This document shows, one piece after another, positions 24,928-36,718 of a DNA stretch of 64,000 nucleotides. Origin of the DNA: Basidiobolus meristosporus CBS 931.73 (Eukaryota > Fungi > Basidiobolomycota); NCBI GenBank assembly GCA_002104905.1, contig MCFE01000067.1, positions 124,335-188,334 on the forward strand, written 5' to 3'. How positions within the stretch are numbered: the first letter of the stretch is position 1; every line of letters starts with the position of its first letter. Under the pieces are notes generated by a model. The model worked only from the letters and a program-made list of their open reading frames with translations, did no database searches and had not been told where the DNA came from. Position numbers and translations under genes: made by a program.

Positions 24928-26043
24928 CTAATCTCTGGGGGACCCTCTGGGGGAGCGAGATGGACTACGAGATGCTGGGCGGGCACCAGGTGAGGCGTCG
25001 CGGTCATTTCTAGGTGAACGAGAGCGGCTACGAGAGCGCTCCTCGTCACGCTTGGGCGAACGAGAACGGGAGTAATCGCGTCTGGGGGAGCGAGAACGGT
25101 CCTCGTTTCTTCTAGGGGAAGGTGAGCGGGAATCTAAGCGTTTGGGAGAGGGGCTGCGGGAGCGGGAGTTTTCTTCACGTCTTGGGCTACGGGAGCGGGA
25201 GTCGTCTCTAGGTTTGGGGGAGTTGGAGCGAGAGCGGTTCTCCTTGGCTCCGGGGGAACCTGAGCGAGAACGGGAGCGGGAGCGGGAGCGGGAGTCGTCA
25301 CGCTTAGGTGAGCGAGAGTCTTCACGTCTGGAGGATCTTCTACCGCGACGAGGAGATCTGGAGCGGGATTCTGAGCGGGGACGTCTACGTTCTCTTCTGG
25401 GAGATCTTGATCTGGAACGGCTGTCTCTTCTTCTAGAGTAAAACCCTGCTTTAGTGACCGTCTCTTGGGTAGCGCTGGTGCACTCGGACACTTACCTAGG
25501 GCTTCTGGAGCTTCTTCTGGAATTACGGCAATCACGAGCCCAATGTCCTGTGAAAGAGATCGTTCGGTATCAATAACGTGTGGCTAGTAACATGTTAGGA
25601 AACATAGGTCCCGACCTTCACGTCCGCAACGGAAGCATTCGTTTTCGCTGGAGCGACGAACAGCGCCCTTGGCGAACTCGACGACAATACGTGCGCCGTT
25701 GAAACGCATGCCATCGCAACCGCGAAGGGCGTCCTCGGCATCGCGTCTGTCGTCATATTCTACAAAACCATAACCTAAACACACAACGGATTAATCTCTC
25801 ATAACGACCACCAATCCCAAACGAGCGGATACTTTACAGTGAGTGGTTCCTCTCTGTTGAATTTCGTGAAAAGGGAAGCATAAAGTTGGGTGAGTTCCTT
25901 CGTTTCTCCGCATGATCAAGGGGTGGGCCGGAAATTACCTTAACATCGCATCTAACGATCTTTCCGTACTTGTAGAAAATGTCTTCAAGTTCGGAAGAAC
26001 GAGTGTCACTGGGTAGACGACCGACGAACAATTGGGTGCTCAT
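24928..26043 (-). CDS. SR-family splicing factor (RRM, CCHC knuckle, RS domain; SRSF7/9G8-like), 5 exons including a 16-nt microexon
   Basis: LFVGRL (RNP2), YGFVEY (RNP1), CFRCGREG|HWARDC knuckle split by an intron, long RS tail (ORF 24928-25491). Confidence 0.9.
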
Positions 26044-26551
26044 TTCAAATGGATTTGTACCGGGGGAGGAATATAAATACTATTAAAATAAAAGAAAGGG
26101 TAAACTAAAGCACAACGGGAGATATTGGGCTATGTTCAGGGCTAACTAAGTGGCGAAGAAAAAAACAGAAAGAACCACAACGCAAGTCCTTCGAATTATC
26201 GGGTTTTTTACACTTGGTTCTCTAGATCCCTTACCTGACCAAATTCGGGACTAATTTTTTTTCATTCCATCTATTTTCCAGTCACCTTTTTCCTTGACCC
26301 TACCTCCGTCACGTGACACGGCACGCGTAACTCCCGAAATCTCGAGGGAATCCGATGGTTTCGTATTGTTTACAGCGGGAAAACATGGCCATTTGATCAT
26401 CAAGATAATACTCTCGTTTACGGACATAATGATGTCAAAATGAGCAGCGACAGATGGTGGATCAGGTACATGGCCTACTGCAATGGGGATTTCGCAGGTC
26501 AGGAGATGTTTATTTATATAACAAGGAATAGAGGTGTGATGGGTGGTGGCT

Positions 26552-28186
26552 TTATGGCTCAAGACGCTTGGGGTCACGAGGGAACATGCATGATTTACGG
26601 ATGTTGCCCAAGTTAAGGTAGAGCATGATAACACGCTCCATACCAACACCACCACCAGCATGAGGGGGAGCTCCGTGGCGGAAGGAGTCGATGTAGGATC
26701 TGATGGTGTCGGGCTCGACGCCGACGGCGGCTGCTCTTTCCTCAAGATAGGCGGGGTCGTGGATACGCTGAGCACCAGACATGATTTCCTCACCGCGGAT
26801 GAAGAAATCGTAGGAGTTGGAGTATCCAGGTCTGGAGGGATCGGGCATGGTGTAGAAGGGACGAACGGCAAGTGGGAACTTGTCCAACATGTAGAAGTCG
26901 GTGCCATACTTCTCTTTGACCAACTTTCCGAGGAAACGCTCGTTCTCGGTGGTAAGATCCTCGAAGTCGCCCATCTCGACTCCGTTCTCGCGAAGCAGGG
27001 CAACGGCGTCCTTGTACTCAAGGCGAAGAGGCTTGGGTGGGTACTCGATCTCTTCGAATGGATACTGGCGTCTGATGGTCTCGATTTCAGCGCGGTATTG
27101 GGTTTTGAGGCCATCGAAGATGTAGGTGAAGAGATCACCGATGAGGTACATCACCTCGTGGTAATGCTCTTCAAAGGCCATTTCCAAATCCAACCCGATG
27201 AACTCGGTCATGTGTCTGTGGGTGTTGGAGTTCTCGGCTCTGAATACGGATCCAATCTCGAACACTCTCTCGAAGTCACCGCACACGCACATTTGCTTGT
27301 AAAGCTGTGGGGATTGGGCAAGGAAGGCCTCTCCCTTGAAGTAGGACACCTTGAACACATTGGCTCCTCCTTCAGAGGCAGCTCCGATGATCTTGGGGGT
27401 GTGGATCTCAATGAACTCGTTCTTGGTCAAGAACTCGCGGAAAAGTCTGCACACACCGGACTGAATGCGGAAGATAGCCTGGTTGGTGATGGTACGGAGG
27501 TCGATGATACGGTTGTCGAGTCTGGTATCAAGGTTGACACGGCTGAATTGAGCTCCCTCTTGAGCAAAGGCCTCCTCGGGTCTAGAAGCATCTTCAAGAG
27601 TGAAAGGAAGTCTGGCAACAGCCTCGCTTACGATCCAGAGCTGCTCGATGTTAAGCTCGACATCTTGGATGGTGCAGCTCTTGACAGGCTCGGCGGCCTT
27701 GACGATCTTGGCTTCGACCAAAATGATGGACTCGGCGGGAATCGAGGTGGCGAACTTGACCATTTGCTTGCTGATTTGCTGTTCATCAGCCGAGACAAGG
27801 GCCTGGATGGTGGAGTTGCGTTGTCTGAGCATGAAGAAGCAAAGCTTAGATCCAGTGGCACGGGCAGTTTGAACACGAGCTCTGAAGTGGATGGTCTCAC
27901 CGACACGCTCAGTGTTGATGTCCTCGATACGCTCTCTACGTTGGTCAGTTCTCTCTTGAGATTGGTTCATAGGCAATTTGCCATATTTCCCCTTGGAGCA
28001 GTCGGTAGCGTTAGCTTCTCTGGCAGCCTTCTCGGCGGCAAGTCTGGCAGCGGTCTCTTGCTTTCTCTTCTCCTTCTCTTGCTCTTTCTCGAGCTTCTTC
28101 AGAGCCTTCTTGGAGAGGGGCTTGCCCTCGGCATCAAGAATAACTTGGTCGAGCTGCTCGGTGACTTTTTCTACGTTCTCCGACAT
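26552..28186 (-). CDS. DPS1: Cytoplasmic aspartyl-tRNA synthetase, intronless
   Basis: OB fold ([22 protein letters not shown]), [44 protein letters not shown]. First ATG at 28186. Confidence 0.97.
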   Translation of the reverse strand: MSENVEKVTEQLDQVILDAEGKPLSKKALKKLEKEQEKEKRKQETAARLAAEKAAREANATDCSKGKYGKLPMNQSQERTDQRRERIEDINTERVGETIHFRARVQTARATGSKLCFFMLRQRNSTIQALVSADEQQISKQMVKFATSIPAESIILVEAKIVKAAEPVKSCTIQDVELNIEQLWIVSEAVARLPFTLEDASRPEEAFAQEGAQFSRVNLDTRLDNRIIDLRTITNQAIFRIQSGVCRLFREFLTKNEFIEIHTPKIIGAASEGGANVFKVSYFKGEAFLAQSPQLYKQMCVCGDFERVFEIGSVFRAENSNTHRHMTEFIGLDLEMAFEEHYHEVMYLIGDLFTYIFDGLKTQYRAEIETIRRQYPFEEIEYPPKPLRLEYKDAVALLRENGVEMGDFEDLTTENERFLGKLVKEKYGTDFYMLDKFPLAVRPFYTMPDPSRPGYSNSYDFFIRGEEIMSGAQRIHDPAYLEERAAAVGVEPDTIRSYIDSFRHGAPPHAGGGVGMERVIMLYLNLGNIRKSCMFPRDPKRLEP

Positions 28187-28286
28187 ATTGGAATTAGGAA
28201 CCAACAAGAGACGTCGTCATGGATGGCAGTTTCATTTATAGTGGAAAGATTTTTTTTAATCTTCGGATTGAATTTTCAAGCAATTC

Positions 28287-28319
28287 GCTGGGAATTTGCT
28301 GGGAATTTGCTGGGAATTT
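28287..28319. repeat. 3 x 11-bp GCTGGGAATTT tandem in the DPS1/CDS1 divergent promoter
   Basis: Three exact copies. Confidence 0.85.
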
Positions 28320-28613
28320 CCTTAATTCGACATCGAGCATGTACAAATTGGGTCAGAAATGCCTCTAGATTTCGTCATGATTGTGGTGTTAGTGGAGGGC
28401 TGATCCCAACGTCGAGAACCTGAATCATAGGTGTGATAGAATGATTCATTAATACGCGATAATGTAAATCATTAATGTTCCAATCTGGCTTGCCCAATGA
28501 CTTGGGTTGATTTTGAGAGATTTATTTGGAATTTCCTGCGGATTCATGTGCCATTCATGGTGATTTTCGAAGTTGCTCTTCTCCACCACAAAAATCCTCC
28601 TGTGTAATCGAGT

Positions 28614-30399
28614 ATGGTAAAGCGTCGTAAGAATCACAGAAGCTCCGAAAATCTCCACGCAGACAGCGTCGCCTCCAACGGCGTTCAGAATGGTGTGGAA
28701 AATGGCGGTGCCAAGTGTGAGGTATTCTAGTTCGCTCTCCACCCATCTGGGCTTCCCCACTGAAGCTGACATGCCTCGATGTTCTTTAATCACTAGGACG
28801 AAAAGCCCGCCTTGCTGATAGATCAAGCGGCCGAAAAGAAGTGGAAAAACTGGTGGGTGAGAACCACCTGGACCCTCATCATGATCAGCGGTTTTTTCTT
28901 GATCATCGCCGCCGGACATTTGTACGTGGTGATATTCGTTATGTTGCTACAGAACCTCGTGTTCAAGGAGGTGATCAGCCTGTCACACGAGCCAAACAAA
29001 GAAAGAAAACTCCCTTGGTTCCGTGCGCTCTACTGGTAATTCTTAGCTCTAGTGCAGTCGGAAAAGGAGGGTTGAGTAATGTTGTTCCCATTCCAATAGG
29101 TACTCGTTATTGACGACGAATTACTTCCTCTATGGTGAATCGATAATCTATTACTTCAAGAGATCGGTTCTTGTTGATGCCTTTCTGCTCCCCCTTGCAA
29201 CATACCATCGATTCATCTCTTTCATGCTTTATTGTATTGGTAAGGCTCTTCAACACACCATACGTCCAAAAGAATTGAGTGCTAAACTAAACTTCTCAGG
29301 ATTCGTCTGGTTTGTTACCAACCTCAAGAAGGGCCATTACAAGTTCCAGTTCAAACAATTTGCGTGGACCCATATGGCCTTACTGCTTGTTTGTTTCCAG
29401 AGTCACTTCATTATCAACAATATATTCGAGGGGATGATCTGGTTCTTCTTGCCTGTTGCTCTGGTTATCTGCAACGACATCTTTGCATATATATTTGGTT
29501 TCTTCTTTGGTCGTACTCCTCTGATCAAGTTGAGCCCTAAGAAGACAGTGGAGGGATTTATCGGCGGTTGGGTGTCCACCGTGATCTTCGCCTTCATGGT
29601 AACTAAGTTCCATCCACCTCCCTTGCCACCAATTTAACTAACCAGACGCGTATGATTAGTTTTCAATCGTGTTAATCAAGTCCAAGTATATGTGCTGTCC
29701 AGCAGAGAACTTCTCTACCAGCGCGTTTAGCGATGTTCAATGCGATTTGAACCCCGCATTTATCCCAGTGGAGTACAAACTCAAGCCATGGATGTTCCGC
29801 TTGCTTTATCACTTGGTATTGTACCAACTTGTGCTTTGTATTCCCTGTGGCCTCTGTGTATTAACCAGGACTTTTCACTCCAGTTCCGTACGGAAATTCG
29901 CCATGTCTACATCGCCCCTCTTCAGTTGCATGCATTTGTGATGGCATCCTTTGCATCCTTAATCGCTCCTTTTGGTGGTTTCTTTGCCAGTGGATTGAAG
30001 CGAGCATTTAACATCAAGGTTTGTTTGATTGTCGTTCAATGTATGCGCCGTTCTCACCAACAGTCGTCGCTTTTAGGACTTTGGGGATTCGATTCCAGGT
30101 CATGGCGGAATCACCGACCGTATGGATTGCCAATTTCTCATGGGCTTCTTCTCGTATATGTATTATCAGAGCTTTATTAAGGTTTGTAACGTCACATGGG
30201 TTCGTCTAAAGGAGTTTGCTAATGATGTTTCCACCAACAGAGTGTAACAAGCAGCTCCATTGTTATTCTCCAAGACATCATTAACAATCTGTCCACTAAC
30301 GACCAAGTCGACCTATATATGAATCTACAAGAGTACCTTGTTGGTCAAGGACTTTTATCGGAGAAGGTTATAGAATGTACACAGGCACTTCTTAGCTAG
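28614..30399 (+). CDS. CDS1: Phosphatidate cytidylyltransferase (CDP-DAG synthase), multi-exon
   Basis: [68 protein letters not shown]|[19 protein letters not shown]. Confidence 0.95.
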
Positions 30400-30862
30400 A
30401 AAGTGATAACTAGATTTTTTTGAAAAGCCAATTTCAATCTTGCAACTGATCTACGAGTGTTTCTGTATATGACTTTGCATTGTATTTCCTATTTATAAAA
30501 TCGCAACTAATTCACCAATCTCTCCTTACCGACTTCTATGGAATTGTTGTAATAAATATACTACACTTTTTGGCCAAATCCCTACAATGCGGTTTCCCCT
30601 TATTTACCTGATAACTTACCCCTCTATTGATCCTCTAATCATGATCGAGTGTAGAGATGATAATCCGTGCCGGTTATCGTGCATATAAAGCAGGAGGAAA
30701 CGGTAGTGAAGTATTACTGTAGCCATGTACATAGATAAAGCCTGAGGATAGACAAATCTACAGCAGGCAGGGTGGGTAGAGCCTTGCATTTCCTGGCTAT
30801 AAGTAGGTTGCTCACTGTGAGGTTTTGACACACCGTTCTCGGAAGCAGCATCTTTACTCATC

Positions 30863-31237
30863 ATGAAGTTCATTCTTTCCTTGTTGACTGTGTCTTGTGT
30901 TATCTTGGCCACCATGGGTGCCCCATTGCCACTCGATGCTATGGTAGATGTTCATACCGGACCCACAAGCCCTTCCTCAGCCAATCCACCATCAGGTGCA
31001 GGTGCTGGAGGATGTGATGATATCCAAGCAAAGGTCAACGCACTTGGCCTTAACATCAAAGCAGTGGTGTGTCTGGGTGCCAAAGACTCATTGCCTGCTG
31101 AGGCGACTGCCCCACCAGCCAACCCACCCGCAGGTTGCCCAGATGTGGATGCCAAGATCAGGGCGCTAGGACTCAACATCCGAGCAGTTGTCTGCCTTCG
31201 AGATGGGATTCAGGTGTTTGCCGATGTAACGAACTAA
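30863..31237 (+). CDS. Small secreted two-repeat Cys protein, copy 1 (124 aa)
   Basis: Signal-peptide-like MKFILSLLTVSCVILATMG/AP; repeats GCDDIQAKVNALGLNIKAVVCL and GCPDVDAKIRALGLNIRAVVCL; TATAAG upstream; frame conserved across 7 copies. Confidence 0.9.
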   Translation: MKFILSLLTVSCVILATMGAPLPLDAMVDVHTGPTSPSSANPPSGAGAGGCDDIQAKVNALGLNIKAVVCLGAKDSLPAEATAPPANPPAGCPDVDAKIRALGLNIRAVVCLRDGIQVFADVTN

Positions 31238-31579
31238 TACTTGGACCATTGATCATTCATACTCATCATTGCTCAATAATATGGAATATCGTGACTGAAG
31301 GCAATACAATGCCAGAATAAACAACACATTGACATATCATTCAAATATAATCTTGCTTGATTATGCTGTAAAGGTACCGCTCATATGAGACGTGAGGCAG
31401 TTCAGCTCTTACAAATTGACAATTGAACAATCATCAATGGACGAGTAGCTCATTGTGACCGCACACCTTGGAGCAAGATGATCGACCAGTTTGAAGAGGA
31501 CGCTTAAGCATTTACCAGGCTGTAAAGCACACTGTCAACTGTATCTAGTGACTCTTGATTGAAAAGATCAAACATCTGA

Positions 31580-31651
31580 GGCTCAATGGTCTAGTAGTAT
31601 GATTCCTCGTTCGGGTCGAGGAGGTCCCGGGTTCAATTCCCGGTTGAGCCC
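31580..31651 (+). tRNA. tRNA-Pro(CGG), copy 1
   Basis: 72-nt cloverleaf: GGCTCAA/TTGAGCC acceptor, CCTCG-TTCGGGT-CGAGG anticodon arm, CCGGG-TTCAATT-CCCGG T arm; T-run terminator follows. Confidence 0.97.
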
Positions 31652-32102
31652 CTCATTTTACCTCACAATACGCTTATTAATAGTACTAAAATTGCAAAAA
31701 TTGCATATTTTAAGCCTGATTATCAATTCAGTTATATTTGAAGTGCTAGCTTAGCTCATAGAAACCAGAGAGTAGTCGAGTATAGAATGAACAGATAATG
31801 CGTTCTCATATATGGCAACAGATCAGAAATGTTGCTACATGCTCAAAATACACACGAGTACAGTTGATCCGTGCTTGTTTACCACAATTTCATCTCAATA
31901 ACACCTTTGAGAGGTGGAAATTGAAAAGAAGCAGGGGTAAATGGCTATGAGATGTAAGGGTATGAGCATATTGATGAGTGGTAGAGAGACAAATCGATTT
32001 CAGGCAGGATGAGTGCAGGGTTGCCAATGCCAACTATAAGTAGACTGACGCTTGCTACCAGATCTTCACTTACTATCACTTCGAGCTAATTCACTACTCA
32101 TC

Positions 32103-32477
32103 ATGAAGTTCATTCTTTCCTTGTTGGCTGTGTCCTGTGCAATCCTATCCACCATGGGTGCCCCATTGCCACTCGATGCTATGGTGGATGTCCATACCGG
32201 ACCCGCAAGCCCTTCCCCAGTCAATCCGCCGTCGGGCGCAGTTACTGGAGGATGCGATGATATCCAAGCAAAGGTCAACGCACTTGGCCTTAACATCAAA
32301 GCAGTGGTGTGTCTGGGTGCCAAAGACTCATTGCCTGCTGAGGCGACTGCCCCACCAGCCAACCCACCCGCAGGTTGCCCAGATGTGGATGCCAAGATCA
32401 GGGCGCTAGGACTCAACATCCGAGCAGTTGTCTGCCTTCGAGATGGGATCCAGGTGTTTGCCGATGTAACGAACTAA
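32103..32477 (+). CDS. Small secreted two-repeat Cys protein, copy 2
   Basis: As copy 1; ATG at 32103 (the track's upstream extension starts at a non-ATG codon). Confidence 0.9.
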   Translation: MKFILSLLAVSCAILSTMGAPLPLDAMVDVHTGPASPSPVNPPSGAVTGGCDDIQAKVNALGLNIKAVVCLGAKDSLPAEATAPPANPPAGCPDVDAKIRALGLNIRAVVCLRDGIQVFADVTN

Positions 32478-33214
32478 TACTTGGACCATTGATCATTCAT
32501 ACTCATCATTGCTCAATAATATGGAATACCATGACTGAAGGCAATACAATGCCAGAATAAACAACACCGACATATCATCCAATAACCGCATAGTTTGATA
32601 GTGTTCGTAAAGCATAGCAATATTATACTGGACGATACTAGAATACTACAATAGTAAGTAGCATTATTATACGATTCGGCCATACTCTCTTAGTTAAGGG
32701 ATTGGCTAATATTCAAGTCCATATATACGACTTCACAATGTGAATACCATGACTAGAGGCAAATTAAATTCCAGAATAAATAGCACATTGACATATCATC
32801 CAAATACAATCTTGCTTGATTGCACTGTAAAGGTACCTCTCAAATGTAGAATGGGGTAGTTCAACTCTTGCAAAATGATAATCAAATAATCATGGATGGA
32901 CGAATCGCTAATCGTCTTGAGAATTAACCCTGTTATGATGTTATGGAAGCAAAAAGTCATCTCTTACGCAGCATGGTGAAATACGATCAGCCTTTTTGAA
33001 AAGGACATTTATGCGATTGCTCTCATCGTGACAGATGAATCAAATGATTCCTCAGTGAATCAGTCTTCTGTTACGTACTGAAAGAGTAATGTCCTTTAAA
33101 GAGTACGGAAATAAATAACGTGTATGTTATCTCGTAGATTCGACGGGGTAGTTTAAGGATATCTTTTAAAAGGTTAGGATGGTGACTAGTAGAAATATAT
33201 TCAAAGTAATACTC

Positions 33215-33381
33215 GTTTCTACCGCTTTTCTTCTAACCAAACTTATTCTTTATTTGATTGTTTGATTGGTATTTATACCTTGTTATGAGTCTGGTGATTT
33301 GTCTCGTTTACTTTTTTTCCGAGGCTACTAAGCCGTCTTTGTATGCGTTGATGTCACTTAACATCGAGTGATTCCTTACTC
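33215..33381. repeat. Dispersed ~165-bp repeat (LTR-end-like), also at 51158-51317
   Basis: Shared blocks CTTCTAACCAAACTTA, TTTATTTGATTG, GATTGGTATTTATACCTT, GCGTTGATG.CACTTAACAT, CCTTACTC in both places. Confidence 0.75.
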
Positions 33382-33397
33382 GTAAACTACCATCGGA

Positions 33398-33469
33398 GGC
33401 TCAATGGTCTAGTAGTATGATTCCTCGTTCGGGTCGAGGAGGTCCCGGGTTCAATTCCCGGTTGAGCCC
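33398..33469 (+). tRNA. tRNA-Pro(CGG), copy 2
   Basis: Identical 72-mer to copy 1; T-run downstream. Confidence 0.97.
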
Positions 33470-34039
33470 ATCATTTTACTTCACTTTATGCTCTTCAATA
33501 TCTTTATTCGCACCTATGCAGCACCAGTGTATTAATGGGACAACATACAGTACATTAGTAGTACAGCATATCATGTGCCCGACAGTCAGATCATTAAAAT
33601 TTCGAATGTCAACTTAGTAAAGCATTAAATAACTGATGATTCGCTTTTGTGGGTAAAATGGTTTAACCATACTGATCAGTGTCGGTTCGAACATCTATTC
33701 TATGATATGGGTGTGCTGAGCTTCTACACATTTTAATATGATCCACGCATGGTAGACATTCATGAATGTCACTACATGCTCAAAATACACACGAGTACAG
33801 TTGATCCGTGCTTGTTTACCACAATTTCATCTCAATAACACCTTTGAGAGGTGGAAATTGAAAAGAAGCAGGGGTAAATGGCTATGAGATGTAAGGGTAT
33901 GAGCATATTGATGAGTGGTAGAGAGACAAATCGATTTCAGGCAGGATGAGTGCAGGGTTGCCAATGCCAACTATAAGTAGACTGACGCTTGCTACCAGAT
34001 CTTCACTTACTATCATTTCAAGCTATTCCACTACTCATC

Positions 34040-34414
34040 ATGAAGTTCATTCTTTCCTTGTTGGCTGTGTCCTGTGCAATCCTATCCACCATGGGTGCCC
34101 CATTGCCACTCGATGCTATGGTAGATGTCCATACCGGACCCACAAGCCCTTCCTCAGCCAATCCACCATCAGGCACAGGTACTGGAGGATGCGATGATAT
34201 CCAAGCAAAGGTCAACGCACTTGGCCTTAACATCAAAGCAGTGGTGTGTCTGGGTGCCAAAGACTCATTGCCTGCTGAGGCGACTGCCCCACCAGCCAAC
34301 CCACCCGCAGGTTGCCCAGATGTGGATGCCAAGATCAGGGCACTAGGACTCAACATCCGAGCAGTTGTCTGCCTTCGAGATGGGATTCAGGTGTTTGCCG
34401 ATGTAACGAACTAA
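34040..34414 (+). CDS. Small secreted two-repeat Cys protein, copy 3
   Basis: As copy 1. Confidence 0.9.
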   Translation: MKFILSLLAVSCAILSTMGAPLPLDAMVDVHTGPTSPSSANPPSGTGTGGCDDIQAKVNALGLNIKAVVCLGAKDSLPAEATAPPANPPAGCPDVDAKIRALGLNIRAVVCLRDGIQVFADVTN

Positions 34415-34756
34415 TACTTGGACCATTGATCATTCATACTCATCATTGCTCAATAATATGGAATATCGTGACTGAAGGCAATACAATGCCAGAATAAACA
34501 ACACATTGACATATCATTCAAATACAATCTTGCTTGATTATGCTGTAAGGGTACCTCTCATATGAGACATGAGGCAGTTCAGCTCTTACAAATTGACAAT
34601 TGAACAATCATCAATGGACGAGTAGCTCATTGTGACTGCACACCTTGGAGCAAGATGATCGACCAGTTTGAAGAGGACGCTTAAGCATTTACCAGGCTGT
34701 AAAGCACGCTGTCAACTGTATCTAGTGACTCTTGATTGAAATGTTCAAACATCTGA

Positions 34757-34828
34757 GGCTCAATGGTCTAGTAGTATGATTCCTCGTTCGGGTCGAGGAG
34801 GTCCCGGGTTCAATTCCCGGTTGAGCCC
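34757..34828 (+). tRNA. tRNA-Pro(CGG), copy 3
   Basis: Identical 72-mer; T-run downstream. Confidence 0.97.
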
Positions 34829-35279
34829 TTCTTTTTACCTCACAATACACTTATTAATGGTACTAAAATTGCTAAAGTTGCATATTTTAAGCCTGATTGT
34901 CAATTCAGTTATATTTGAAGTGCTAGCTTAGCTCATAGAAACCAGAGAGTAGTCGAGTATAGAATGAACAGATAATGCGTTCTCATATATGGCAACAGAT
35001 CAGGAATGTTGCTACATGCTCAAAATACACACGAGTACAGTTGATCCGTGCTTGTTTACCACGATTTCATCTCAATAACACCTTTGAGAGGTGGAAATTG
35101 AAAAGAAGCAGGGGTAAATGGCTATGAGATGTAAGGGTATGAGCATATTGATGAGTGGTAGAGAGACAAATCGATTTCAGGCAGGATGAGTGCAGGGTTG
35201 CCAATGCCAACTATAAGTAGACTGACGCTTGCTACCAGATCTTCACTTACTATCATTTCAAGCTATTCCACTACTCATC

Positions 35280-35654
35280 ATGAAGTTCATTCTTTCCTTG
35301 TTGGCTGTGTCCTGTGCAATCCTATCCACCATGGGTGCCCCATTGCCACTCGATGCTATGGTGGATGTCCATACCGGACCCGCAAGCCCTTCTTTAGCCA
35401 GTCCACCATCAGGTGCAGGTGCTGGAGGATGTAGTGATATCCAAGCAAAGGTCAACGCACTTGGTCTTAACATCAAAGCAGTGGTGTGTCTGGGTGCCAA
35501 AGACTCATTGCCTGCTGAAGCGACTGCCCCACCAGCCAACCCACCCGCAGGTTGCCCAGATGTGGATGCCAAGATCAGGGCGCTAGGACTCAACATCCGA
35601 GCAGTTGTCTGCCTTCGAGATGGGATTCAGGTGTTTGCCGATGTAACGAACTAA
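35280..35654 (+). CDS. Small secreted two-repeat Cys protein, copy 4
   Basis: As copy 1. Confidence 0.9.
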   Translation: MKFILSLLAVSCAILSTMGAPLPLDAMVDVHTGPASPSLASPPSGAGAGGCSDIQAKVNALGLNIKAVVCLGAKDSLPAEATAPPANPPAGCPDVDAKIRALGLNIRAVVCLRDGIQVFADVTN

Positions 35655-36718
35655 TACTTGGACCATTGATCATTCATACTCATCATTGCTCAATAATATG
35701 GAATATCGTGACTGAAGGCAATACAATGCCATAATAAATAATACGTTGCCATATCGTCTAAATAATGCACTGCTTTATTGCGTTTGCGAAGAGCCATGCG
35801 CTGAGGAAGTGAATTCGTATTTTAAAATATTGCCAGATTAGTTGGTCGAATATCATGAATACAAACAATGATGTTTTGATATTACGGCAATAAGCCTATA
35901 GCAGTATGATGGATTTTTAAATATGAGATTTAGTGACACAAAAATAGGAGTATTTCTTGACGATTTTGCTCTTCAGTGAGAATATCAGATAAGGCCGCCG
36001 TAGTAATCATGTAGATGCCATAACCACAAAGCCTGAATGCCTTATGCAGGATTCATAGCCAAATGACCAGGTAGATGAGGTGTATTCTTTGTTGGTCATC
36101 CGTGCTGATGGCATTTTTTGGGTTTCACATACCGAGATAAATCAGCGGTGTACGTGTGGCAACCTGATTCTTTGCACAACTTTGATGTAGGTCGGGGTAA
36201 GTGATACTTCACGTATATGTATGTGGTAAGAGGGTCGAGCAAAATTGAATGTGATGGTTCCTTGTTTGGGTTAAGGAGGCCCTGTGTTGCTCATTTAAAT
36301 TTCTAGCGTGACATATTGTACGTCCTGCATAATCTATCCAGTAAAATATAAAGTGCCAGCCTAACCCATGGAAGCAAGATAGTCCAGCTGATACGCTCTG
36401 TTGGAAAAAGTGACTAAACTCATTATGGGATACTGAATCAAGATCCTGGAGATCATATATGGCTGTGAAGCTAGAATATGCAGGTACACAATTCGATCGT
36501 GCCTATACGAACCAATTGTAGCTCAATAATACCTTTGAAAGCCAGAAATTGAAGAGAGGCAGGGGGAGTGACATTAAGTTGTAAGGATACCAACATATTG
36601 ATGGGTGGTAGCGACACATCGATTTCCGACAGGATGAGTTCAGGGTTGATACAACCAAATATAAGCGGATTGTAGAGGTGTTTAACCATCATTCCCTCAA
36701 ACAACATCTAGACTCATC

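Noticed and set aside
24928-25440. Highly repetitive GAGCGG/CGTTCT-rich tract
   Set aside because: Explained by the RS domain of the SR protein.
26660-28423. 587-aa plus-strand ORF
   Set aside because: Antisense shadow of DPS1; likewise 21541-22458 and 23713-24459 opposite BMS1.
32052-32102. 17-aa N-terminal extensions (MLPDLHLL…) on copies 2, 3, 4 and 6
   Set aside because: They start at a non-ATG codon just after the TATA box and are absent from copies 1, 5 and 7; the ATG of MKFIL gives a clean signal peptide.
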